Source: Candidatus Shapirobacteria bacterium | GTDB taxonomy: Bacteria; Patescibacteriota; Microgenomatia; UBA12405 | DNA length: 35,117 nucleotides | Reading direction: 5' to 3' | Assembly: GCA_026395315.1 (NCBI GenBank) | Contig: JAPLYY010000024.1 | Location: forward strand, 1 to 35,117 | Shown: positions 9,105 through 17,718 of the stretch, piece by piece | Layout of the letters: every line of letters starts with the position of its first letter | Numbering within the stretch: the first letter of the stretch is position 1 | Made by a program: the position numbers and the translations under genes | Notes under the pieces: model-generated | What the model was told of the DNA's origin: nothing | Seen by the model: the letters and a program-made list of their open reading frames with translations, nothing else | Databases searched by the model: none

Positions 9105-9914
9105 ATGATACAATCATTCCAGATTCTGCACCAACACAATACTATGGACAACAATACTCTTACAGACAAACAACTGACTATTCTCAAACTACTATACCGA
9201 TTTCGATTTTTAACTAGCACTCACATTCAACACTTACTCAATGACAAAACATCACGACTAACAAATTATCATCTTAAAATTTTAACGACTCAAAATTATA
9301 TAAACAAACACTACACACGAACACTCGGATCAGGCAACCAGCCAGCTATTTATTTTCTCTCGTCAGGAAGTATCAAAGCATTACAAAATATTGAGGGTAT
9401 AGAATCAAAAACACTCCAGCGTATTTATCGGGAAAAAATCAGATCACCACAATTTATCTCTCATGCCATATTTATTGCCCAATATTATCTTTATCTACAA
9501 TCTGAATCTGCAAAATCAAAACATACTCTACACTTCTTCACCAAAACAGACTTATTAGCTCACAAATATATTATCCACCCCTTGCCCGACGCCTATTTTG
9601 CCCGAGTTGATGAAAAGAAAGAAACCAAACGCTATTTTGTCGAAGTTATCGACGAGGGCGCGCCACGGTTTGCCTTAAGAAAAAGAATTGAGCAATATAC
9701 CGACTATATCGACAACGGCACATTTGAAAAGGTAACTAAACACCCATTCCCGACAATCCTCTTAATCTGTCCAACCGTTGGAGTACAAATATACTTAAAA
9801 AAATATCTTGCCAAAATGTACGAAGAATCTTCCCTTGATCAAATAGAAATCTTCATTACCACCAAAGAAGGGGCATTCTTGGGCCAGTGGGAAAAAGTAA
9901 ACCCAGAGGAATAG
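9105..9914 (+). CDS. Replication-relaxation family protein (putative relaxase)
   Basis: N-terminal wHTH (LT.KQ..IL.LLYRFRFLTS.HI), PAIYFL, SHAI, PDAYF..YFVEVID PD-(D/E)xK-like motif. Start may be the second Met (MDNNTL). Confidence 0.8.
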   Translation: MIQSFQILHQHNTMDNNTLTDKQLTILKLLYRFRFLTSTHIQHLLNDKTSRLTNYHLKILTTQNYINKHYTRTLGSGNQPAIYFLSSGSIKALQNIEGIESKTLQRIYREKIRSPQFISHAIFIAQYYLYLQSESAKSKHTLHFFTKTDLLAHKYIIHPLPDAYFARVDEKKETKRYFVEVIDEGAPRFALRKRIEQYTDYIDNGTFEKVTKHPFPTILLICPTVGVQIYLKKYLAKMYEESSLDQIEIFITTKEGAFLGQWEKVNPEE

Positions 9915-9946
9915 TAGATCGCCAATACTATTCTCTATTATTGGAA

Positions 9947-10312
9947 TTACACTTCATTTACGGCTTTACTAATATCACCGGTGTCATACCTTAATTTGCT
10001 TAAGGAAACATCGGCTCTACCTACAGTGTTTGTTGATAAGCCAATTATTTTTATATCTGGATTGGTTGATCGAATAGCTTCAACGATTTCTCGGCCATCT
10101 GTGCCTGAATGGTCGTCACCAGATAAATTTCCATCTACAATCGCTACTTGAATACCGTCTTGCACAAAACTCGTAATTGAAGCCAATGCGTCTTCTTTTG
10201 TTTGTGCCAATCGCTTGAGACTGTGGCCGCCTTTTTCTAAATCATCACTAATAAATTCCTGCCAATCTGGATCATCCTCAGCTACAAAAACACTTGCGTT
10301 TTCAGGTGCCAT
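9947..10312 (-). CDS. Single-domain response regulator receiver protein
   Basis: VFVAEDD, AIVDGNL, DGREIV, IIGLS, LSK. GGAGG RBS precedes the ATG at 10312, so the ORF-track start at 10399 is probably too long. Confidence 0.8.
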   Translation of the reverse strand: MAPENASVFVAEDDPDWQEFISDDLEKGGHSLKRLAQTKEDALASITSFVQDGIQVAIVDGNLSGDDHSGTDGREIVEAIRSTNPDIKIIGLSTNTVGRADVSLSKLRYDTGDISKAVNEV

Positions 10313-10400
10313 ATTCCTCCTTTTTTGAACAATTAAGAAGGAGGTTACTCTCTCTCTGAAAGTCAAGTTTTGGGCGTCACAACAAGCTTTTTCATACATA

Positions 10401-10435
10401 AAACAGCCTCAGATTTTTGAGACCTGAGGCTGTTT
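10401..10435 (-). terminator. Intrinsic terminator-like hairpin downstream of the DUF2958-like gene
   Basis: AAACAGCCTCAG...CTGAGGCTGTTT 12-bp inverted repeat ending in a short T run. Confidence 0.6.
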
Positions 10436-10444
10436 GAGACTGAC

Positions 10445-10759
10445 TTACTTTTTCGTTTGCGGTATTACCTCGCTGATTCGTTTTTCTCCAAAATATCTGT
10501 CTCGCTCAATACCGATTCCAAACTTTCCGCGATAACTTTGAAGCTCAAACAGTGCAAACGAACCCCACTCATCATTCCAATCGCCGAAGATGGAAACATA
10601 GCCAAAAAACTCCTTCGTGATTGGATCAAATTCAGTTGCATACCAGATACCAGCTCCGGCAGGATTAAAAAATTTCGCAATTACCAGAGGATCGCTAACG
10701 TTTTCTTGTCTGCCCACCTTTCCAAATCTTTTTAATAGTTCTTTAGTTAACAGTTGCAT
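10445..10759 (-). CDS. DUF2958-like protein typical of mobile elements
   Basis: LLTKEL...AKFFNPAGAGIWYATE...FFGYV...EWGSF.L.EL...IERDRYF pattern; GGGGGTG RBS. Confidence 0.75.
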   Translation of the reverse strand: MQLLTKELLKRFGKVGRQENVSDPLVIAKFFNPAGAGIWYATEFDPITKEFFGYVSIFGDWNDEWGSFALFELQSYRGKFGIGIERDRYFGEKRISEVIPQTKK

Positions 10760-10956
10760 TATTTATTCACCCCCTTTCTTTTTGCTGCTTCCGGAAAATT
10801 AATGTATTTGGAAGCATGCCCATGCTTCCAATACTTGGATGTCTTCAAAGCGGGGTGAGGTTTGCAAGGGCAAGCGAAGCACAGTTTATTGGAGTGAAAC
10901 GGAAACCCTTGCCAAACGAGGGGCAAGACCCCTAAATATCAAATTATTTAAAAAAG

Positions 10957-12040
10957 TGATTAGGACGCGATACATTTCGGACTCTTATACAAAAATATAT
11001 GAGTCACGAGACAGACAGAACAAGACACATTCTTCCAAAGCTGGGCAAGGGTAATTACAATACCCTGATGAAGCTGATTTCAAATAGTCTTACTTTTAGT
11101 GTTTCTGATTGTGCTAAGTTCAGGCTTCATGTATTGGATCATTATTTTAAACATGGCATCAAGTCCACCTGTCATGCTTTTAATCTTCCAAGGAGCACTG
11201 TGTATGGTTGGAGGAAGTCTTTTTTATCCTCAGACAAAAAGATAGTTTCTCTGGTTCCCAAATCCACCAGGCCAATTAGAACAAGGCAGATGGTGCTTGA
11301 TCTAGAACTTCTGGAGTTTATTAAATCAATGAGAGAAGAATATGGAAATCTGTCCAAATATAAAATCAAGCCATTCTTAGATGAATACTCCAAAAAGAAC
11401 AATCTACCTTTATATGGAACAACCAAAATTGGAGTAATTATTAAAAGAAAACACTTTTTCTTTGAAACTAGATCAAAAAGGAGATTTAAAAGAAAACCCT
11501 TTATAGTGAGGCTAAAAAGATCTCCCAAAGAAACTATCCCGGGATATATTGAAATGGACTCTGTAATCATTCAGGTGATTAACAGAAAATATTTCTTTTT
11601 AACAGCAATTGATATTGTTACTAAATTTGCTTGGGTAAAAATGACCACAAACCATTCCTCAAGGCAAGCCAAGCTTGCCTTAATTGAATTCAAAGAAAAT
11701 TACAAATACTGTTTAAGAACAGTCCAAACTGACAATGGATCAGAATTCTTAAGTGAGTTTGATGAGTATTTGCAGGAGATCAAAATCAAACATGAGTTTA
11801 TCTATCTTAAAAGTCCAAAAATAAATGGTGTGGTTGAGAGATTCAACAGAACCATACAAGAGGAATTTATTCAAAGAAATGATAGTTACATTGATGACAA
11901 GTTTAAATTTAATCAAAAACTACAAAATTATCTAATCTGGTACAATACAAAAAGACCACATTACTCACTGGGACAAATTTCCCCCTATGAGTACATGCAA
12001 AGATTTACCTTAAAAGTCTGAAATGTACCCGACCTATACA
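10957..12040 (+). mobile_element. Insertion sequence (IS481-like, integrase-core DDE)
   Basis: Imperfect terminal IRs TGATTAGGACGCGATACATTTCGGACT (10957-10983) and AGTCTGAAATGTACCCGACCTATACA (12015-12040). No target duplication seen; left end uncertain. Confidence 0.7.
10999..12021 (+). CDS. DDE transposase (rve integrase core, IS481-like)
   Basis: N-terminal HTH; IEMDS, TAIDIVTKFA, VQTDNGSEF, NGVVERFNRT, YNTKRPHYSL. Confidence 0.9.
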   Translation: MSHETDRTRHILPKLGKGNYNTLMKLISNSLTFSVSDCAKFRLHVLDHYFKHGIKSTCHAFNLPRSTVYGWRKSFLSSDKKIVSLVPKSTRPIRTRQMVLDLELLEFIKSMREEYGNLSKYKIKPFLDEYSKKNNLPLYGTTKIGVIIKRKHFFFETRSKRRFKRKPFIVRLKRSPKETIPGYIEMDSVIIQVINRKYFFLTAIDIVTKFAWVKMTTNHSSRQAKLALIEFKENYKYCLRTVQTDNGSEFLSEFDEYLQEIKIKHEFIYLKSPKINGVVERFNRTIQEEFIQRNDSYIDDKFKFNQKLQNYLIWYNTKRPHYSLGQISPYEYMQRFTLKV

Positions 12041-13218
12041 GTGAAAACAAACTGGCACAAAAAAGAAACCTAGATAGCTCGAGTGCAGCACTCACTTTCC
12101 CGTTTGTGTCATCGGAATTGGTACAGGAATCTGGAATTCTTTACGGCATCAACAAATCAAATAACTCGCTAGTCATTATTGATCGCTACAGTCTAAACAA
12201 CGCCAACTCCATTATTTTTGCCCAATCGGGAAGCGGGAAAAGCTATACGGCTAAAGTCGAAATTTTAAGACACTTAATGCAGGGTACCAAGGTTATCATT
12301 ATCGATCCGGAGCGGGAGTACAAACAATTGGCGGCGAGTGTTAACGGTACCTATATCAAACTTTCGAGTAGTTCCAAAGAAAAAATTAATCCGTTTGAGT
12401 ATTCCCAACATTCAGTCACTGATGAAAACAATTTGACTGAACATATTCAAGATCTCACTGAGCTTATTTCCCTGATGGTTGGTTCACTAACCTCAGAGGA
12501 GCGGGCATCGGTCGACCGGGCTTTGCTTCTAACTTATAAAAAGATCGGTCTGACTACCCGTAAGAATGCGAGATCGAAAAAAGCAGAGTATCCACTCCTG
12601 AAAGATTTTTACAAAAATCTCAAAGTCATGAAACATAAAGATCTCTGTGACAGGCTAGAACGGTTTGTCAAAGGTTCACTCTCGACTGTTTTTGATTCTC
12701 AAACCAATATTAAACTCGATAACCGTTTAATTGTTTTTGATATTAAGGATCTCAACGAATCCATCCGATCAATCATGATGATGGTCGTGGCCAATTTTGT
12801 AAACAACGAAGTCAAACAAAATCCACAAAAGAGAATGTTGGTGATAGATGAGGGCTGGCTCCTTTTGCAAGAACCGGAAAGCGCTAGGTTTATTTCAGGG
12901 TTGGTAAGACGTGCAAGAAAATATTATTTAGGAGTCACTATTATTACTCAGCAAGCCAATGACTTTTTGAATCAGGAATACGGAAAAGCTATCGCCAGCC
13001 AATCATCCTTAAGAATTCTGATGCGCCAAGATACGACAACAATTAAAAAAGTAGCCAGTGAATTTCATTTATCCGCCTACGAACAGCACTATTTATTAAC
13101 TTGCGACCGAGGGGAAGCTCTCATTATCGCCGATCAAAATCATGTGGCAGTAAAAGTGGTAGCCTCAGATGAAGAACATCCACTTCTGACCACCGACCCC
13201 AGAGAAGTCTACATCTAG
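12041..13218 (+). pseudogene. 5'-truncated VirB4-like conjugation ATPase
   Basis: AQSGSGKS Walker A, IIDPEREY, LVIDEGW, RRARKY, ITQQ. The frame continues upstream (ENKLAQKRNLDSSSAALTFPF) right to the IS end, and the N-terminal part is absent. Confidence 0.8.
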
Positions 13219-13220
13219 CT

Positions 13221-13847
13221 ATGAACCCCAAGGTAATACTCACTCTTTGGTCATTTCGGAAAGAGTTGAAGTTCGTCCTAATAGCTTTTATTGCTGTGTT
13301 GATGCTGCCTGTAGTTGCCGTCATTCTTCTTACTCAGGTCGGTATCAATGTTATTTCCAACAAACTGGTTGATCAAAATCCAACGAACCAAGCCATCCAG
13401 ATTAAAGATCCTGTGACAGGTAAAGTTGTCAAAGAAATCAACCCGACGATTGTTTGGCCAACCAAAGGAGTGATTACCCTCGAATTTGGAGAAATGAGTA
13501 TTTATCAACCGTTTCATACAGGGATTGATATTGCCGGAAAATTGGATGATCCGGTCAATCCAGCCATGGATGGTACCGTTATTTATGCCGGAGAAATCTT
13601 TTGGGGATTTGGAAAACACATCATTATTGATAATGGCAATAACATTCAAACTATCTATGCTCACTTAGACAAGATCTATGTCTACAAGGGTCAGAAGGTC
13701 ACTACAGACAGTGTAATTGGCGGCCAGGGTGAAACCGGCTGGGCAACAGGTGTTCATCTTCACTTTCAAGTAAACGTTTACGGGATACCAGTCAATCCGA
13801 GGGTGTTTTTAGGCGACGGATCTCCTCCTCTGACAGCCTTGAATTAG
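13221..13847 (+). CDS. M23 family metallopeptidase with N-terminal membrane anchor
   Basis: HTGIDI, YAHL, TGVHLHF, VNP motifs. Confidence 0.9.
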   Translation: MNPKVILTLWSFRKELKFVLIAFIAVLMLPVVAVILLTQVGINVISNKLVDQNPTNQAIQIKDPVTGKVVKEINPTIVWPTKGVITLEFGEMSIYQPFHTGIDIAGKLDDPVNPAMDGTVIYAGEIFWGFGKHIIIDNGNNIQTIYAHLDKIYVYKGQKVTTDSVIGGQGETGWATGVHLHFQVNVYGIPVNPRVFLGDGSPPLTALN

Positions 13848-13910
13848 TGCTTGAAATTGGTATATAATGTATGTATTCTATTTATAGATAGTCCTTAAAT
13901 AGGTAACAAT

Positions 13911-14693
13911 ATGGATACCAAAAACACGATTCTATCTCAAAAAGATTTGGCTTTACTTGAGGCTATAGTCCTTAAGTACGGTCGTGTGGTCACGGTGGCT
14001 CAAATACAGGCTGTTATTGGGGAATTTGGGTCAAACGGCGCAATCCGAAAACGGGTAGCCCAAATGAGCAAAGCTGGCTGGCTTATTCGTCTCAAAAAGG
14101 GGTTATATCTCGTAGTTACGGATATCAGTTCACTGGGCTTTTCCGACACCTCAGAGCTAGTGATTGCTCAGGCACTCCAGAATGACTCGTACGTCTCGTT
14201 TGAGAGTGCTTTACAGCACTACAGCATGTTTGATCAACTTCTAGCCAGGATAGACTCAATTTCAGTTAAAGTGACCAAAACATACAACGTGTTGCAAACT
14301 ACCTATTCATTTTTGAAAATAAAGGATGATTTGTATTTTGGATATACGGAAGAAACACTTGGTAACCAAAAGGTAAAAATTGCTGAAAAAGAAAAGGCTA
14401 TTCTCGATATGCTATATTTTCGATCAACTGATTACGTTATAACGCTTACTCTGGAAAAACTAAGAGAATATAAAGACCAATTCGATTTTAAAAAACTTAA
14501 AAATTATGCGGCCAAATATTCACTCTCAATGATTCGGAAAGTAGGCTTCTTACTTGACCAAATTGGAATTGATACCTCAGATCTATTATCCCTTAGTGAA
14601 TCCAGTAAAAAAAGTCACAATAAGTTAACCAAAACCAGTGATCTTTATAGTACAAAATGGCACCTTTACTATGATTCCCACCTTATTGGATAA
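13911..14693 (+). CDS. Type IV toxin-antitoxin antitoxin (AbiEi-like transcriptional regulator)
   Basis: wHTH with WLIRLKKGLY, SYVSFESAL..Y, AEKEKAILD; overlaps the downstream toxin gene. Confidence 0.85.
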   Translation: MDTKNTILSQKDLALLEAIVLKYGRVVTVAQIQAVIGEFGSNGAIRKRVAQMSKAGWLIRLKKGLYLVVTDISSLGFSDTSELVIAQALQNDSYVSFESALQHYSMFDQLLARIDSISVKVTKTYNVLQTTYSFLKIKDDLYFGYTEETLGNQKVKIAEKEKAILDMLYFRSTDYVITLTLEKLREYKDQFDFKKLKNYAAKYSLSMIRKVGFLLDQIGIDTSDLLSLSESSKKSHNKLTKTSDLYSTKWHLYYDSHLIG

Positions 14694-15441
14694 ACAAACA
14701 TTACAGCTTATTAACCGAAAGTATCTGAAATATTCTCCGGTGGCTGCCGAAAAAGATTATTTTCTCGCTCTTGCGCTAGAAGTACTTGAAGAATCTTCAC
14801 TTTATAACAAGTTGGTTTTTAAAGGCGGTACGGCGATTCATCATTGCTATCTTTATCTGGGTAGGTTTTCAGAGGATCTCGATTTTACTTCACTGGACAA
14901 AAATCTCAAAAGTGAAGATGTTACAGGAATATTTACCCCAATTCACTTTTTTGAGGTGAAGAAAGTTTATACCTCAAAAGCAACTATCAAAATCGAACGG
15001 CTAAAATATTCGGGTGTCCTTGATCAACCAAACTCACTAAAATTTGAAATTGATTTTATCCAAAATGTGGTGCTACCACCAAAACAAATGAAATACACCA
15101 ATGTTTGGGGAGTAGATGTAATGGTTAATGTTATGGATATCCGGGAAATTTTTGCAGAAAAGTTACGAGCAATGAGTGATCGTGCCCGGTACAGAGACTT
15201 CTACGATTTTTATTTGATCTCAGAAAAATATAATTTGGATATGGCGGAAACAATAGATCTTGTAAAACAAAAGGAAATTAGAAAACCAATTTCAAAAGAA
15301 TCTATTTTACATAATTGGAAGGTGGTATCGGAACAAAAGAAGGAAGAAATTAATTTGATTTACTACAGACAAGACGTGTTTGACAACGAACGGGGAATTG
15401 AAAAATTGCTTAAAGATTTCAACTTTACGGTGATTGAATAA
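14671..15441 (+). CDS. AbiEii/AbiGii-like nucleotidyltransferase toxin
   Basis: EKDY, LVFKGGTAI, RFSEDLDF, AEKLRA, R.RDFYD. ATG at 14671 preferred over the track start at 14638. Confidence 0.88.
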   Translation: MIPTLLDKQTLQLINRKYLKYSPVAAEKDYFLALALEVLEESSLYNKLVFKGGTAIHHCYLYLGRFSEDLDFTSLDKNLKSEDVTGIFTPIHFFEVKKVYTSKATIKIERLKYSGVLDQPNSLKFEIDFIQNVVLPPKQMKYTNVWGVDVMVNVMDIREIFAEKLRAMSDRARYRDFYDFYLISEKYNLDMAETIDLVKQKEIRKPISKESILHNWKVVSEQKKEEINLIYYRQDVFDNERGIEKLLKDFNFTVIE

Positions 15442-15679
15442 ACACCATAACAATCGAAATATATTATCCAGAAAGCTGACTTCACGTTACTCTTAATCAA
15501 CAGATAAATAAAAAAGAACTGATGTTCATCTAAATCCGAGTGTGATCTCGATATGATCGTCTCAAAATGAGACGATGTTGATAAATTGACAATAATTCTT
15601 CATTTAGTCGAAAAATAGGCGATTAATAGTCGATTGTCAACTTGTGAAAACCTATGGATATTTTTGACATAATGGAGTC

Positions 15680-16024
15680 TTGGAAAAATTTGTCCTGCAC
15701 CAAAAAACCTATGATTTTATTCTTTGGCTTTACCCTATTATTAACCGTTTACCCAAAAATCATTGCCTGATTATTGGAAAAACACTTGAAGAATTAGCCG
15801 TATCCCTTCTTTTAGTGTTGATGAAAGCCAACAAATCACGGGGAACGGATAGAGAACGGTTTCAGGAAGAAGCATCAAATACTTTGGACTATCTCTATAT
15901 CATGATTCGGTTGACCAAGGATATACGTCTGATGAGCGTAAAGCAATATACAGCCAGCGCCGAAAAACTCAATGAAATAGGCCGAATGCTGACCGGCTGG
16001 ATCGGAACCGCAAAAAGTGTATGA
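15680..16024 (+). CDS. avd: DGR accessory variability determinant Avd
   Basis: KTYDFILWLYP...LPK...IRLTKD...KQY...EIGRMLTGW; canonical avd-TR-RT order; TTG start. Confidence 0.88.
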   Translation: MEKFVLHQKTYDFILWLYPIINRLPKNHCLIIGKTLEELAVSLLLVLMKANKSRGTDRERFQEEASNTLDYLYIMIRLTKDIRLMSVKQYTASAEKLNEIGRMLTGWIGTAKSV

Positions 16025-16060
16025 TAAGAAAAGTGGGAAAGATAAGTCATAACGCAACGT

Positions 16061-16177
16061 GCTTTCTCCGCGGTGGCAATTGGAATAATGGCGACAACTC
16101 CGGGGCATTCGCAGCGAAATTGAATAACGCGCCGGGTGATTCGAACAACAATATTGGCTTTCGTTGCGCCAGCGATC
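16061..16177 (+). ncRNA. DGR2 template repeat (TR2)
   Basis: Lies between avd and RT; reads RGGNWNNGDNSGAFAAKLNNAPGDSNNNIGFRCA with many AAY codons, typical of CLec/FGE-type TRs. Confidence 0.88.
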
Positions 16178-16406
16178 GTATTGTTTTGCTAGGTACCCGC
16201 AAAACAAACGCCAGAACGAGTGGTATATGTCTACGGACACATATCCAGGGTTTTATGATCACAGCTGTCTTTTCCTTTCCGAAATTTTTTTGGAAAAACA
16301 TAATGCCTGTATTTTCATTATTCTCGGCAAGCGGATAATGAAGTAAATGGGTGATAAACAGATTGGGTACGAGAGACAAACCCTGCCCTCAAAGCGGGGT
16401 TTGTCT

Positions 16407-17492
16407 ATGTTTGAACAAATTTATGATTTGGAGAGTTTGTGTGCCGCCTTCAAACGGGCACAGTTGGATAATCGCTATAAGCGAAAAATCTGTGCCTTTT
16501 GTTTTTCCCTTGAAGAGAATTTATTGCGTTTGAACTGGGAATTGCAACGAGGTTCATATGTGCCAAGCCCTTATACCTATTTTATGCTCCACGACCCAAA
16601 AATCCGAGCCATTGCGGCACCGGATTTTCGTGACCGGGTGGTACAACACGCCCTGGTCGACTGTATCCAGCCGATTTTAGAAAAACAATTCATTTATGAC
16701 TCCTTCGCTTGTAGAGAAGAGAAAGGAACACATTTTGCCGCCCGAAGAGTAAAACGATTTCTTATGGCAGCAAGATCTTTATACGGAAGTCAAACACCAA
16801 TTTATGTGCTTCAGTGTGATATCAGGAAATTTTTTCAGAGCGTTTCTTGGGATATTCTTCTTGGTATTGTTCAAAATACCATCACCTGTCCGAAAACATT
16901 TGCTCTGATTAGAACAATTGTGACTACTCATTACAACGCGTTACCGCCGACAAAGACTGACTCTTGCCAAATGTCTCTCTTTTCGAAAAGTTCAGTCGGA
17001 ATAGATGCGAGTATTTCCGTGGCAACGCGGACAGGATTACCAATAGGAAACCTCACCAGTCAACTGCTTGCTAATGTTTACCTCAATGAACTGGATCACT
17101 TTATCAAAGACAGATTAAGATTACGTTGGTACGCCCGGTATATGGACGACTTCTTGGTAATACATCCCGATCGCGTTTACTTAAAGCAACTCTGTGATCA
17201 AATAAACATATTTCTTAAAGACACATTACATCTTTCCTTACATCCGAAAAAATTAACTATCAAAAACGTCTCAGACGGAGTTCCCTTTGTCGGATATCGG
17301 ATTTTTTATGACCATGTACTGATTCGTGGAAATACGCTTCGTCGAATTGAAAAAAACTACCGCTCAAAAACAAAACAACTGAAAAACGGGCGTTTCACTG
17401 AAGAAAAACTGGATCAAACTAAGGCGTCTATTACCGGTCATCTTAAGCACGCTAACAGTTACGGATTAACTAAGAAGATATTTTCAAAATAA
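16407..17492 (+). CDS. DGR reverse transcriptase (RT2)
   Basis: DPKIRAI..FRDRVVQHA, CDIRKFF, GLPIGNLTSQ, YARYMDDF, PFVGY. Start taken at MFEQIY (16407); track start is 16347. Confidence 0.93.
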   Translation: MFEQIYDLESLCAAFKRAQLDNRYKRKICAFCFSLEENLLRLNWELQRGSYVPSPYTYFMLHDPKIRAIAAPDFRDRVVQHALVDCIQPILEKQFIYDSFACREEKGTHFAARRVKRFLMAARSLYGSQTPIYVLQCDIRKFFQSVSWDILLGIVQNTITCPKTFALIRTIVTTHYNALPPTKTDSCQMSLFSKSSVGIDASISVATRTGLPIGNLTSQLLANVYLNELDHFIKDRLRLRWYARYMDDFLVIHPDRVYLKQLCDQINIFLKDTLHLSLHPKKLTIKNVSDGVPFVGYRIFYDHVLIRGNTLRRIEKNYRSKTKQLKNGRFTEEKLDQTKASITGHLKHANSYGLTKKIFSK

Positions 17493-17594
17493 ATGTATAC
17501 GGATATCTTGTGTTGTGCGTCTTCATACACTATTATGATATATAGATGAACTGGGTATCGGCCTAGTTTGTTTGCATAGAAAAAAGGATTGATT

Positions 17595-17717
17595 ATGATT
17601 ATGGTAACAGAGCCTAAAATATCCACTAAGATAGCAATCTTTAAAGGTAAGAAGGTTCGAAAAGTTATCTTCCAAAATCGAATAGATTCAAATAGTTTTT
17701 CTCTTACCCCAAATTAA
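17595..17717 (+). pseudogene. Short remnant resembling the N-terminus of a Bro-N domain protein
   Basis: MIMVTEPKISTKIAIFKGKKVRKVIFQN then loses resemblance and stops; AAGGA RBS. Confidence 0.45.
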
Positions 17718-17718
17718 C

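Noticed and set aside
10803..10956. Alternative IS left end at TGTATTTGG (10803)
   Set aside because: Starts with TGTAT like the right end but lacks the inner IR match found at 10957-10983 and gives no target duplication; left unresolved rather than called.
16021..16338. 105-aa ORF resembling an FGE/CLec C-terminus
   Set aside because: It is the translated TR2; TRs commonly stay open in the VR frame and function as RNA.
7115..17492. RTs as group II intron, retron or Abi RTs
   Set aside because: Both are short, have the GNLTSQ motif, lack maturase/endonuclease domains, and are accompanied by avd and a TR.
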